Part shown: positions 23,731 to 35,910 of the stretch, one piece after another
How the letters are laid out: each line of letters starts with the position of its first letter
Position numbering within the stretch: the stretch's first letter is position 1
From: Octopus bimaculoides
Lineage: Eukaryota
Length of the DNA: 64,000 bases
Reading direction: 5' to 3'
NCBI RefSeq assembly: GCF_001194135.2
Contig: NC_068997.1
Coordinates: 46,224,698-46,288,697 of the forward strand
Made by a program: the position numbers and the translations under genes
Notes under the pieces: model-generated
The model's input: the letters and a program-made list of their open reading frames with translations, nothing else
Databases searched by the model: none
Told to the model about the DNA's origin: nothing

Positions 23731-24661
23731 CAGTACAGTTTGTTCTTGAGTCTATTACTGCATCTGTTTGTCTTTCTAAATACAAACATACACAAACATG
23801 ATATGGGAATAGATACTTTGTAGATGCAGGAGTCATATTATCTTAGTGCAGTAACTTTAGTAGAGCACTTATAGAAATAGGAAATATTCATATCCTGAGT
23901 ATATGCATTACTGTATAAACAGCTGAACTTAGAATACAGACTTGAAACAGATGTCACAAGTCTGATGTACTAACATTCAGCTAATCCACTGTTTGGGATC
24001 AACATTTTATTTATTGCACTTCAAAAGGATGAAAAGCAAAGTTGACAAAAGCAGGATTTGAATTCAAAATGCAGATAACCAGAACAAATATCACAATGCT
24101 TTGTGTCCAACCTAGTAACTGTGATCTTTGAAGGTCCCCTCAGACTAGTGAATCTCATTTAGTTGATACCCATTTATAGGTAAAACATAAATTATTGTGA
24201 GCCCGATGCTCTAATCACTGAGCCATGTGTCTGGTTTTAATGTAATCAAAAGAATAAACTCTTCCAAAGGCACCCAAGGGACAAGGTCATCATCATCAGC
24301 AGTAGCATCATCATTATCATTATCTAATGTCCATTTTCCATGCTGGCATGGGTTGGACAGTGCAAGAGAAACTGACAAGCCAGTGGTCTGTGCCAAGCTC
24401 TAATGTTTGGTTTGGCATGGTTTCTACAGCTGGATACCCTTCCTAAAGCCAACCACTCTACAGAATATATTGGGTGCTTTTTTCTTGTGACACTTACCTA
24501 CCCGTCCTTTCTGATACTGTATCCCTATTCTCTCTTTTATAGTAGTCCCCTTATACTTTGAAGACACACTCGCTCACCATCTTTCTCTCTTTCCAGCAGA
24601 GGAAGCCACGTATTTCCTCTTCAGCAAGAACACCTGTTTCTGTCCTTCTATCATACTTTAA

Positions 24662-24882
24662 CCCTTTAGCATCCAGATTATTCTGCCAAATGCAATGCTT
24701 ATTCATTCACATTATTTTGAATTAATCATTAAGTATTATCTTGTAAATTCAATATTCTCATGATTTGATTGTTTATAAAAATGAACATTGTAGGGTAGGT
24801 GTGAGAGGCCAGATCTGGCCAGTTTGAACATAAAATAAGTAGAATATTTGGGCTGGATATAGCCAGTTTAAATGCTAAAGGG
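24662..24882 (+). mobile_element. piggyBac-like MITE
   Basis: TTAA|CCCTTTAGCAT ... ATGCTAAAGGG|tcaa. Confidence 0.8.
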
Positions 24883-25110
24883 TCAATCCCTGTAACACCA
24901 GGCATAAAGGCACTACCCTCCATACTACAGCCCCAATCAGCTGAGGTGGGGGAGGGGGTTTTGTCTTGCGAGTTGCCTGGTGACCTCACAAGGGTGGTGG
25001 TATTAAAATGCATAGAGTCTATTACGAGAGCGAAGGTATTCAAACAGAAGGACAAAATACTTGATGCCGCCATTCCCATTTAAGTTTACTCTAAAAAAGT
25101 TTATACTTAC

Positions 25111-25603
25111 CAGTTTCTCATCTGGCAGAAGTGTTAAAACAAGATAAGGAGGTGAGAGAAGAGGAATACTCAGATCAGAGTCTTTTAAATGTGGGGCACA
25201 ACAGGTAAGCGAAGCAGATTCTTTGGCCTGGTGTTTCTCCTCTGTCAGGTCAGTTTGAACGACCAGTTCAACATTAGATACATCCACAGGTCTGTCGGCT
25301 AAATCCATGATGTAGTTAGAATGAGGTGTCTTCTCTACTATTTTCACCCCCAGTGGGATGTCCTGCATCAAGTTGTTGAGAAGAGGGTTACGCAGGATCT
25401 GCTCTTTCAGGGAATCGGTGGGTAACGTCATCTTGTCTGTTTCTGTGAGTTTCTGAGCTTCATTCTCAGTGGGTGGAGTTTCGCTAGGAGAGCTGTTGGT
25501 CTCAGTGGATTGCTCCATCTTCTTCGATGTGGTACAGGATTCTAACTGAGCTTTCAGAGGTTTCCACAAGCCTTCTATCCAAGGCTCTACTACAAGTTCT
25601 AAC
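25111..25603 (-). CDS. MTRR: MTRR coding exon 4 (end of FMN domain plus hinge)
   Basis: tag|G LELVVEPWIEGLWKPLK...SLTCCAPHLKDSDLSIPLLSPPYLVLTLLPDEKL|gtaagt, 493 nt. Confidence 0.93.
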
Positions 25604-25768
25604 CTATTCAATGGAAAATGATTCTAATGTATAACCACACTTAGACAATAATATATCACAAATATATATATAAATGCTGTGTAAGTGTGTAGAAATAGGT
25701 GTTTTTCTTTGAAGGTTAAGAAATTCTTTGAATTCCTTATTAACAAGATAGGAAACTAGCCAAATATT

Positions 25769-26147
25769 CATTATTTACATTTGACGGATATTTGTCCTCA
25801 TCTTGTTTGTTGTTAACACAACGTTTTGGCTCATATACCCTCATCAGCCTTCATCAGGTGTCTTAGGGGAAATTATGAACCTGGGTTCTCATTCCTAAGG
25901 TATTTGTTGTTGTTGTTGTTGTTGTTATTATTATTATTATTCAAGTCACTGCCTTGAATTGAACTTGGAATAATAATAATAATAATAATAATGATGATAA
26001 TAATAACAACATCGAAAAATACCTTAGGAATGAGAACTCAGGTTCAAAATTTCCCTAAGACACCTGATGAAGGCTGGAGGGTATATTAGCTGAAACATGT
26101 TAACAACAAACAAGATGAGGACAAATATCCGTCAAATGTAAATAATG
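25769..26147. mobile_element. Long palindromic Penelope-pLTR-like element with ~140-bp arms
   Basis: attatttacatttgacggatatttgtcctcatcttgtttgttgttaac mirrored by gttaacaacaaacaagatgaggacaaatatccgtcaaatgtaaataat. The centre has complementary (GTT/ATT)n and (AAT/AAC)n. Confidence 0.85.
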
Positions 26148-26597
26148 TACATAATTCCTCATCTCTTAAATATAGAAATGTAGCTAAATATTGTTATTGA
26201 TATTATTGTACCATATGGAAGTAGAGTAGACCACAGCAGTATTATTTATGTTTATTGTAATTATAAAGACTCGGCCTCTGAGAGTCCAATAACGATAATA
26301 TCATTTATGGGGTTTGTAGGATAACATATGAGAACATGTTAAAAAAGCATATGGACTATTCCAGCACCAATGAGCTGCATTTTTGATTGACTGGGGTATG
26401 TGGAGAGGTGTTACCCCAAAAGTAAGGGTCACTCCATTGGTTTTGACTTAATGAATTTGAACAATTTATAGCTTGAATGGACAATAATTCTTCAAAGAAA
26501 GGATACAGTTTTTTCAAAGCGATGAAAAAAAGTTGTTGAATCTAATGGAGTCTGTTTTGATTAATAAATATTGATTTTTCAAAATTATTAAATTCCT

Positions 26598-26765
26598 TTC
26601 GTCGTCGTCATCGTTTAACGTCCGCTTTCCATGCTAGCATGGGTTGGACGATTTGATTGAGGACTGGCAAGCCAGAAGGCTGCACCAGGCTCCAATTTGA
26701 TCTGGCAGAATTTCTACAGCTGGATGCCCTTCCTAACGCCAACCACTCCGAGAGTGTAGTGGTCA
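26598..26765 (+). mobile_element. SINE family C, representative copy
   Basis: cgtttaacgtccgctttccatgctagcatgggttggacg...ctacagctggatgcccttcctaacgccaaccac. Other copies at ~575-800, 24300-24490, 29388-29680, 30180-30330, 38222-38710(-), 57300-57430(-), 60110-60280(-), 63800-63915(-). Confidence 0.75.
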
Positions 26766-27125
26766 TATAGCCAGCTGGAGATGATGCCTCCTAGGGCCAA
26801 ACTACAGCAACATTTGTCCTAAACCAGGACCGCCATGTTATGTTGGCAAACAATCTTTACTCCAAAGTAATGTTGCTGAATATCTCTCGTTGTGAGATTT
26901 ACAAATAGTAATCAAAATTATAATTTAGCAACATATTCTTACAGAAAGGAAAAAAATTAAATGTATAAAAGATTAAATTATCGAGCATTCCATCTACCAG
27001 ATAGAATTACTTCAACAAGGAAACAAAGAAAAAGAAAAAAAAAAAATGAATTGTCTATAGTGTTAACATGTAGTTTGCTCCCCTCGATAAGCTTCCAACT
27101 ACTTATTTTCCTTGCATTGAATGTA

Positions 27126-27250
27126 CAGGGTGTCCACAAAGTCTGGGTACATGGGGATTAACACATACTTTAAGAAATTATTATTTCTTATATTTAATTG
27201 TTTGCTATGATTTTATTTACTCCATGTACCCAGACCTTGTGGACACCCTG
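27126..27250. mobile_element. 125-bp Tc1/mariner MITE with TA TSD
   Basis: TA|CAGGGTGTCCACAAAGTCTGGGTACATGG ... CCATGTACCCAGACCTTGTGGACACCCTG|TA, 29-bp TIR with 1 mismatch. Confidence 0.92.
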
Positions 27251-28634
27251 TATACAATAATTAAAAGACAAAGGAAATGGTGTGTACATGTCTCTGTCTT
27301 GTAAGCTGGAGTGTGTAACAGTGTTATTTATTTTGCTATTATAACATGCGATGAATTTTAAAAGAATGCATAGCTGCATTTGGTTAAAAGAATAAATTTA
27401 GAGAATCTAGAATTAATTAAAAATGGGTTTAATTTGTTAAGAGACAAAAAAGATATATGCTTACAATGTAGTTTTTATTAAATATATTATGGGGGAAATA
27501 TTTAACTTTACGTTGTAAAAATTTCAATGGAAATTTCATCCAAGTATATATACATGCAATATATAAATGAACACAGTCTGTGATTTCTATGTGAATCAAG
27601 TATTGAACCAAATATGAGATATATAAAATGAGGATGCAACTTATTGACTGGTTTGGCTTATAGATGAGTATATATAGAATATCATTAACATAATCATTGA
27701 TTTCCTAACGTAACCAGAGTTTATGTCACTAATGGCTACAAATAATATAATATAAATAATATTTATGGCTACAAATAATGTTATTATGTCTGTAATGATT
27801 TCAAATTTTGGCACAGGGCCATCAATTTTGGGAGAGGGGGTAAGTGGGTTATATCGACCCCAGGGCTCAGCTGGTACTTATTTTATCAGCCCTGGAAGAA
27901 TGAAAGGCAAAGTCGACCTCAGCAGAATTTGAACTCAGAAGGTAAAGACAGACAAGATGTTACTAGGCATTTTACCTGGCGTGTTACCAATTCTGCCAGC
28001 TTGCTACCTTGTGTATCGCTAATATTACCTCAGCAAAAGGCGGCCAGATGGCAGAAACGTTAGCATGCCAGGCAAAATGCTTAGCACTGAGTTCAAATTC
28101 TGCCGAGGTCGACTTTGCCTTTCATCCTTTTGGGCGGGGGGGTCGATAAATTAAGTATCAGTTGCACACTGGGGTTGATCTAATCGATTGGCCCCCCCAC
28201 CTCCCCAAAAATTTCGGGCCTTCTGCCTAGAGTAGAAAAGAATAATACCTCAGCATATAATATGCAATTATTTATATAACAACAATGTATACCGTTAATT
28301 AATATTGTTGGTTACACCCAGTGGCAGAAGAGCAAATAAATGAGCCTCAACACGGACACTTGACCTGCTAGAAATAGCAACCAAATCTCCTTCAGATAAC
28401 ATTTTCTCATAAGATATACTGGATAATGCAGTGGGGATGGACACAGCTAGAATGTCTTTTGTTATAGGTCTGCTCAAGCAAGAACCTGGGGTTATCATCA
28501 TCATCATCATCATTCATGACGTTGACGATGACCACTACTACCACTACCATCTCCATTGCTGCAGTCACCACAACCACCACCATCATCATCATCATCTTCA
28601 TTAATGACCCAGTAGCAGGACCCGTAGAACTTAC

Positions 28635-28752
28635 CCAACAGCATCATCAGCCCAACCACATTCATAAAACAGGTGAGCCCCTAACTCCTCGAGTTTTCTG
28701 TTGATAGTTTTGCCACCATTGCAGAATGCATTGTAATTTGTATCTCCCAGAC
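28635..28752 (-). CDS. MTRR: MTRR coding exon 3
   Basis: cag|(G)LGDTNYNAFCNGGKTINRKLEELGAHLFYECGWADDAV GG|gtaag. Confidence 0.95.
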
Positions 28753-29687
28753 CTGCAACGAGGACAAAGTAATGGTTTTTATTTGGCCAACATTGGAAGT
28801 TATTTCGACATGACATAACTGTAATAGGGAGCAGATTGTGTGATGATGGGGGTCAAGTAAGACTTTGTGTGAGTTTCAAGACCTTGAGAAGTTTGTGTGA
28901 GTGTGTCATTTCTAAAATTTGAAGGAGGATGATGTGTGTGTGTGTGTGTGTGTGGAGGTGGAGGGTGGATGGTGGATAGTAAATAAAATTGTTGGCTTAG
29001 TGAGAATATAAGGTAACTTCTGACAGTCTTTAAAAAGTAGGGGGGGAGAGAAAGAGAGAGNNNNNNNNNNNNNNNNNNNNNNNNNNNNNNNNNNNNNNNN
29101 NNNNNNNNNNNNNNNNNNNNNNNNNNNNNNNNNNNNNNNNNNNNNNNNNNNNNNNNNNNNNNNNNNNNNNNNNNNNNNNNNNNNNNNNNNNNNNNAAGAA
29201 GGAAGGGAAGATGAGAGCAGAGTAAGAGGGAGGAGAGAGCAGTGTAAGGGAGAGGTGAGTGCAAAGTAAGGAGAGGGGGGGAGAAGGGTAAGAGGCAGGA
29301 GTAAAGGAAAAGAGGAGAGAAAAGAGTACAGTAAATTGATTTTAGGTGAGACAGATGCTATAGTTATCTACATGAAGATCTTCCTCCACCTCATCGTTTA
29401 ATGTCCGTTTTCCATGCTGGCATGGGTTGGATGGTTTGAGAGGGGCTGGCAAGCCAGAGGACTGCTGAGCTCTATTACCTGCTTTGGCATGGTTTCTACA
29501 TCTGGATGCCCTTTCTAGTGCCAGCTTATTTACAGAGTGTACCAGGTGCTTTATATGTGGCACCAGCACCAGAGGGGGTCACCAAGTAAATTGCAAGACA
29601 AAGTCCCCTTGATTGGGGCGGGGAGGAATAGTATTGAAGGAAGTGGTTTAAAACAATACTCAGAGTACCAACAAATGACGTACTCAC

Positions 29688-29838
29688 CAAGAACTGTGTA
29701 TGACAGATGTTTCAAGTGTTCTTCTTGTTTGGACTTTTTTTTCAGTTTGCGCAGGAATCTCACGGCTGTGTCAGGCACATCTCCATCACCTGTGGTGGAA
29801 ACGACAAAAACCACACTGCTTTCATCCTCAATCTTGAA
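29688..29838 (-). CDS. MTRR: MTRR coding exon 2
   Basis: ag|FKIEDESSVVFVVSTTGDGDVPDTAVRFLRKLKKKSKQEEHLKHLSYTVL G|gtgagt. STTG.GD.PD flavodoxin motif. Confidence 0.95.
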
Positions 29839-30105
29839 CTGGAGACATAGAATGGTGATAAGAAAGTTAAGTGGTTGTGTGCTGCTGGTGGTTTTTATAG
29901 TTGCACTTGTTATTTAACCCCTAGTCAGCCCCTAACTGAACAGATCTATGACTAAAGGTATTCAGCCAGGACCAACTTATTTTTCATGTTAACCCAGGAC
30001 TACTTACTCGTTCAATGTATCCTTCCTCTTTTTTCCTAAGACAACAAAATGTGATTTGAGGGATATCTGGCTGCTATTTTTAGCATGTCAAGCAACTATG
30101 TAGAG

Positions 30106-30754
30106 CAGTGGTTCTCAACCATTTTTTTCTGATGGACCCTTTTGATTCCTATTTTATTCAGATTGGACCCTCATAACCATTCATCTTCATCATTTAACGT
30201 TTGTTGTCCAAGCTGGGGAGCTGCACCAAGTTCCAGCCTGATTTGGCTTGGTTTCTATGGCTGGATGCCCTTCCTAATGCCAACCACTTTACAGAGTGTG
30301 CTGAGTCCTTTTATGTGACACCACACAGGTACTTTTACGTGACGCTGCATGGTTGATTTTATGTGGTATCACATGGGTGCTTTTGCATGGCACTCTCACA
30401 AGTACTTTACATCACCAGCAGGATCGGTCTTAACAAGGGTCTTCTTGAGCACAACAAGGCACCAGGTATCTCAACCCTTTGTCATCTCGCCTGAAAGGTT
30501 CAGCATCCCAAGGTCTTTCTTCAGTACTTCATCCCATGTCTTCCTGGCTCTCTCCCATCTCCATGTGTCCCATCTACTTTGGGAGATTGGCATTCAGTAT
30601 TTTAGAATCCTATTCTATTATTATAATTAAATATTATTAAGGAATCATGTAAAAAAATTGTTACACTATTTTGTGTATTGATAGAAGTATAACTAATGTA
30701 TTGGTGATAAATTTTAATAACAAAATCTTATATGGACCCTGGTTAAAAACACTG
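30106..30754. mobile_element. hAT (Charlie-like) MITE with nested SINE; relatives at 42414-42740 and 52683-52990
   Basis: CAGTGGTTCTCAACC ... GGTTAAAAACACTG ends. The atggac(c/t)c(c/t)tttgatt...ttttatt subterminal block is shared by the three copies. Confidence 0.7.
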
Positions 30755-31836
30755 AAAGGATTTATAGTTGGTTTATTTGATGTTGTTTCATATACTCATT
30801 TCAGTCATTAGTCTGCAGTCATGCTGGGACACTGCCTTGAAGGATTGAGTCAAACAAATCTTTAAGTATTGAGATTGATCTCTATTGACTTATTCTATCA
30901 TCTTCTTTAGCCAAACTTCTAAATCACAGGGATGTAAACAAACCAACATCTGTTGTCAAGCAGTAATGCAAATTAGTCAAAAGAAAGGGGTAGTGTACAT
31001 TAGATTTACAGTTCCTCTGAGATGATGAGGTTAATTATTCAGCTTGAATATCTATTTTTGGTCAATGTTTGCGGGATAATTGTGGATAGGGAGGTAATTT
31101 CAGTGGGTTACAACTGTGAGGAGAAAGGACTGGTTGAAGTGTTTGATGCAGGTGTGTGTGTGTGTATGTGCATATAAGATTAAGACAAAGCGAAGGTGAT
31201 GGGAAAAGATGAGAGGATCAGGTGGGTATGGATGGAATGGATACTTATTTAGAGTTAGGCGGACTCGGTTGTTGAGAGATATTAAGCCATAAATGCACAT
31301 AGTTCTGGTCACAAGATACAAAGTTCTGGCAGTTCTACTGGTTGTCTGTTAAACTATCATCATGGTCATCTGCATTTTTGTGTATGTATTCAAGCATGCT
31401 ATTCTGCGCTCTGAATATGTGTGGTTGGCTGTTGTTTGGTGCAGGACAGACATGTTTTAACAGCCCTATGACCAAAGGTTTTTCAGTAGTGACCATGCTG
31501 CCACTTTTTTAGTAATTGTATCTATGACTATATTCATCTTTTTATTAAAAAAGTATAGGGTATATGGTTGTTATTTCCAGCAGGTCAAATGACCATGTAG
31601 AAGCTATCTTTTTGAATCTAATTGTATAACTAACTATGTAAACACACATGTAAACACCACACCTGTCTGTCTGTCTATCTAATCGGCAGACACTACAAAG
31701 TGACTCAAACTAGTTTTTGTAAGTGTGACATGCACAAAACCCTTTGCCCTCGAGTCATTTTGACACTTATGCTGACTAAAAATATAAAATATATACTCGT
31801 GTTTTGAGTTCTATTTACTCTGTTTGTAGAACTAAA

Positions 31837-31872
<36 letters not shown>

Positions 31873-31882
31873 NNNNNNNNNN

Positions 31883-31929
<47 letters not shown>

Positions 31930-32909
31930 GCCCCTCAGCTATCACGGGTGTTATGTTCAACCCCACCCTGGACTGTATATTTTTAAAATTAATTTCATAA
32001 TTTGTATATATTTATTTTATTATAAATGTAAAACAACACCATGGAGGAATCAACATAAGCTTAAATGATAAACCGCGATATGGCGAAGGATTACTGTATA
32101 TAGGTACACATACACACACACACATTAGTATGTCAAAATGCATTCAAGCAGAAATAACAGGAAAGATAATAGTGACAGGCAGAGAGAGGGGGGGGGGGAG
32201 AAAAACTGGAGCCTCAAATATATATAAACTATATTAAATATGTGTACATGTTTTTTAACTGTGTATATATGTACATGTGTATAACAGGGATATATAACAA
32301 AGGGGAAAAAAAGGATAAAGGAGATGTAGTGTGTTGATTATATAATATATATTGACTATAAAATTGATTATATAAAATTAAAGTTGAATAGGACAAATGT
32401 TTTTAATTGGACAAAAGAGATGGAAAGATGATTAAATAAGACAAAAAAAAAAGTGTTAAAAGTTTAAGACGTGAAACAACCAAAAGTAGGACCAGAGCAA
32501 ATGAAGTAAACTGCAATGTAGGTCAAATATTAAATAGGACAAAAACGCAAGTTTAAAGTGGAACAGGAGTTAAATAGGACAGTAATGGAAGGAGGGAGTT
32601 TAATTAAAGCAATGGTGAAGGAAGAACTGAGGTAAATAAGTTAATGAATAGTAGAAGAAGGGGTAAGTCAAACAGGATAACACTGAAGGAATATTAAATA
32701 TGTCTGATGATAAAGAGTATTAAAAACAGATAGGAAATTTAAGTGGGATTATAATTATAATGGAGGTAATTATTTTGTAATTAATTGATTAAAAACATAG
32801 CGATAATCAAAGAATGTCTGCGCATATTTCGAAGTACCAGTTTGAGAATTTAGGCAGTTTGGAAAATGTAGAAAGAGAAGTTATGGTAAAAGACAAAGGC
32901 ATCAGTTAC

Positions 32910-33056
32910 TTTGTCATCGGTGCTACTGAGGCAATGGCGTTCTACAGAGAGACCACTGGCCACGGCATTGTCGTAGATTAACTCGGAAATGGACTCTGCC
33001 TGACTGGTTTGGGAGGCATATAGCAACAGAAAGCGACTGGTGTGAGGGACTGGCAT
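32910..33056 (-). CDS. MTRR: Methionine synthase reductase coding exon 1 (FMN/flavodoxin domain start)
   Basis: MPVPHTSRFLLLYASQTSQAESISELIYDNAVASGLSVERHCLSSTDDK|gtaact aligns to human [22 protein letters not shown]...HCISESDK with the same intron position. An acceptor (ttgcag) 4 nt before the ATG implies an upstream non-coding exon. Confidence 0.93.
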
Positions 33057-33260
33057 GACACTGCAAGTAACAGAAGAACATTCCTGAAGAAGGGAACAAA
33101 GGAAAAGACAAACAGGCAAGGTAACATAGAATGCAAGAAAAATATATGAAATGAAATAGCCACTTGCGTATCATACTTAATGCAAATACATCACAAAAAG
33201 GCAATTTAAATGTAAAGTTCAACTGGAGATTAACATCTTTTATGAACATAATATGTTTAA

Positions 33261-33483
33261 CCCTTTAGCATTCAGATTACTCTGTCAAGTGTAATGCTTA
33301 TTTATCCATATTGTTTTGAATTAATCCTGCATTATCTTGTTGTTTTGAGATTTTGATGATTTGATTATTTATTTTTGGAATGACATTGTAGGGTAGGTGT
33401 GAGAGGTCAGATCTGGCCAGCTTGAATATAAAACAGGAAGAATATTTGGATTGGTTTAAATGGTTGGTTTAAATGCTAAAGGG
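33261..33483 (+). mobile_element. piggyBac-like MITE, intact
   Basis: TTAA|CCCTTTAGCATT ... AATGCTAAAGGG|TTAA. Further copies at ~1125-1335(-) and 55685-55830 (partial). Confidence 0.88.
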
Positions 33484-35619
33484 TTAAAAACAAAACCACA
33501 TCAGTTAGCTGACAAAAATAGTCCAGTAGCAGAAGTGAGAATGGTACCGCATCTGTTGCATATAATGCTACTACTGGATAATTTTCATCAACTACTGATA
33601 TATCTTCCTGTATTCAAACACAGTACATCCATAAGAGATATTACCTCTGAATGAACACTGCATTTAATTTGGCCTTTTCACAATGTATTTAGTATTGCAT
33701 TTAGTATGATGCGCAGATGGTTATTTTAATCTAATACTGCTTCTGTTGCATATAATGGATAAAATAAGATAATAAAATTTTAAAAAAGCAAGAGAAGAAC
33801 TCAAATAATAAATAATTGGCCACAAGTCAATGGCATGCAAGAAAGTTGGTGTTGTGTATCTCCAGGACAGTTTCAATCCCAAAGAACTATGGCATGCAAA
33901 TTAGGCAGCTGAACAGCTAGGTATGACCCAGAGGTCTATTGTTCCAGATGTACAATGTTTCAATGTTGTTGCATTCTATCTACTATCCAATCAATTTCCT
34001 TAGTTGATTCACCCAAATCAACCATGGTTATGCAAACAATATGTCCAAAGCTTTAGGCATACATTTGCATGACCATCCTGACTTCATTTTCCAGATATAA
34101 TATCTACTGTGCTCATGTTACTCAAATGACATTAAAGTGTGGTTTGAAATAGATTTAGCTGCTATTTTTAGTAGGTTGACTTTTCAATGCACCTTCCCTG
34201 GTTTTTTTTTTTAAGTCAGTAGGGTGTATTTTAAAGGATATGTAATTACGAGCAGTTTTAGTCAGGTATGGCCATGTGGTTAAGAAGTTTGTTTCACAGC
34301 TGTGTAGTTTCAGGTTCAATCTCAATGTGTGGCACCTTGAAGGCGTCGAGCTGGCAGAAATGTTAGCACGCTGGGCGAAATGCTCAGCGGTATTTCATCT
34401 GTCTTTATGTTCTGAGTTCAAATTTCACCAAGGTCGACTTTACCTTTCATCCTTTCGGGGTCGATAAATTAAGTACCAGTTGCATACTTAATTTATTGAT
34501 CTAATTGACTAGCCTCCTCCCACAAAATTTTGGGCCTTGTGCCTAAAGTAGAAAAGAATATGTGGTACCTTGGACAAATGTTGTCTATTATAGCCTTGAG
34601 TTAACCAAGACCTTATAAATGAAATTAAGTGAATGGAAACTGTACAGAAGCCCATCATGTGTGTGTGTTACTGTCCCCATAAGTCTTTGCATTGATACTG
34701 CTTAAGGAGCAATAATGCTTGTTCATGTCCTGCAGCTCAACAATTCAATTCAATAAAGTGCCTTACTTGAAAACAAGGGTTGATAACAAGAAAGGCATTT
34801 GGTAGAAGCAATGCTACATCAGGTGGTCACGTCCAACCCATGCCAGCATGGAAAAAGTAGACACAAAAATGATGATGATTGATGATGATGATAAATAATC
34901 AAACCTCTGGTATTTGGTTAGACTCCACTTTAACAAACAAACAAACAATTATTCATGTTATGGTTGTTTAAGGTGGTGAGCTGGCAGAAACGTTAGCACG
35001 CCGGGCGAAATGTTAAGCAGTATTTCGTCTGTCTTTATGTTCTGAGTTCAAATTCTGCCAGGGTTGACTTTGCCCTTCATCCTTTCAGGGTTGATAAAAT
35101 AAGTACCAGTCGAACACCGAGGTTGATTTAATCAACTTGGCCCCATAACCCTGCCAAACTTGCTTTGAAACCAATATCATCATTATTTTTCAGGTGGATA
35201 AAATGCTTTGAGGCATTTTGTCCAACTTGATGTGGTATATGCAAAGTATTAAAAGATGTTCAGGGAAGGAAAGGAAGGGTGTTTAACGTTTCGAGCAAAG
35301 CTCTTCTTCAGAAAATTCTGAGTTCAAATTGCGCCAAGGTTGACTTTGCCTGTCACCTTTCAGGNNNNNNNNNNNNNNNNNNNNNNNNNNGGTAAGCAGG
35401 AGAGCTAAAATAAATATGTCTTGAGCACTGGGGTTGATGTAATTGACTTTTTCCCTCCCCACAAATTGTTGGCCTTGTTCCAAAATTTGGAATCAATATT
35501 ATGGTTATTTTTGTTGTTGCTTTTATTACTATGGATGTTTTTGTTTCCAGATTTTCAGTTTCAGAGCAAAAATAAAACTGAAAAATCCAATAAAATGAGA
35601 GGTCAATAAAACAGGAATT

Positions 35620-35910
35620 CACTAAAACGAGAATTCACAAAAAAAAAAAAAAAAAGCTGAAAATGTAATTGCCAACACTGTTATTATGAACGTGAGAAAT
35701 GACGTATTATTTTACAGTAAAGATATAATAGCAATTAAAAATAAACAAACGACGACTTCCACTTAACGACTTTGTAAAGTTGTGAAGCAAGTTTTTAAGT
35801 GAGTCATTAAAACTGGGAATTTAAATGATACAATAGTGAGAAAACTCGTTAAAGTACAAAGGATTTATGTACTTGAGAATATTGTGAGTTCAAACTACAC
35901 CGCAGGTATA
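35620..35910 (-). promoter_or_regulatory. Candidate MTRR promoter / 5' non-coding exon region
   Basis: Nearest non-repeat, locally CpG-retaining stretch upstream of the coding exon 1 acceptor. Contains an ETS-like GGAAGT (gacttcc). No TSS or donor could be fixed. Confidence 0.3.
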
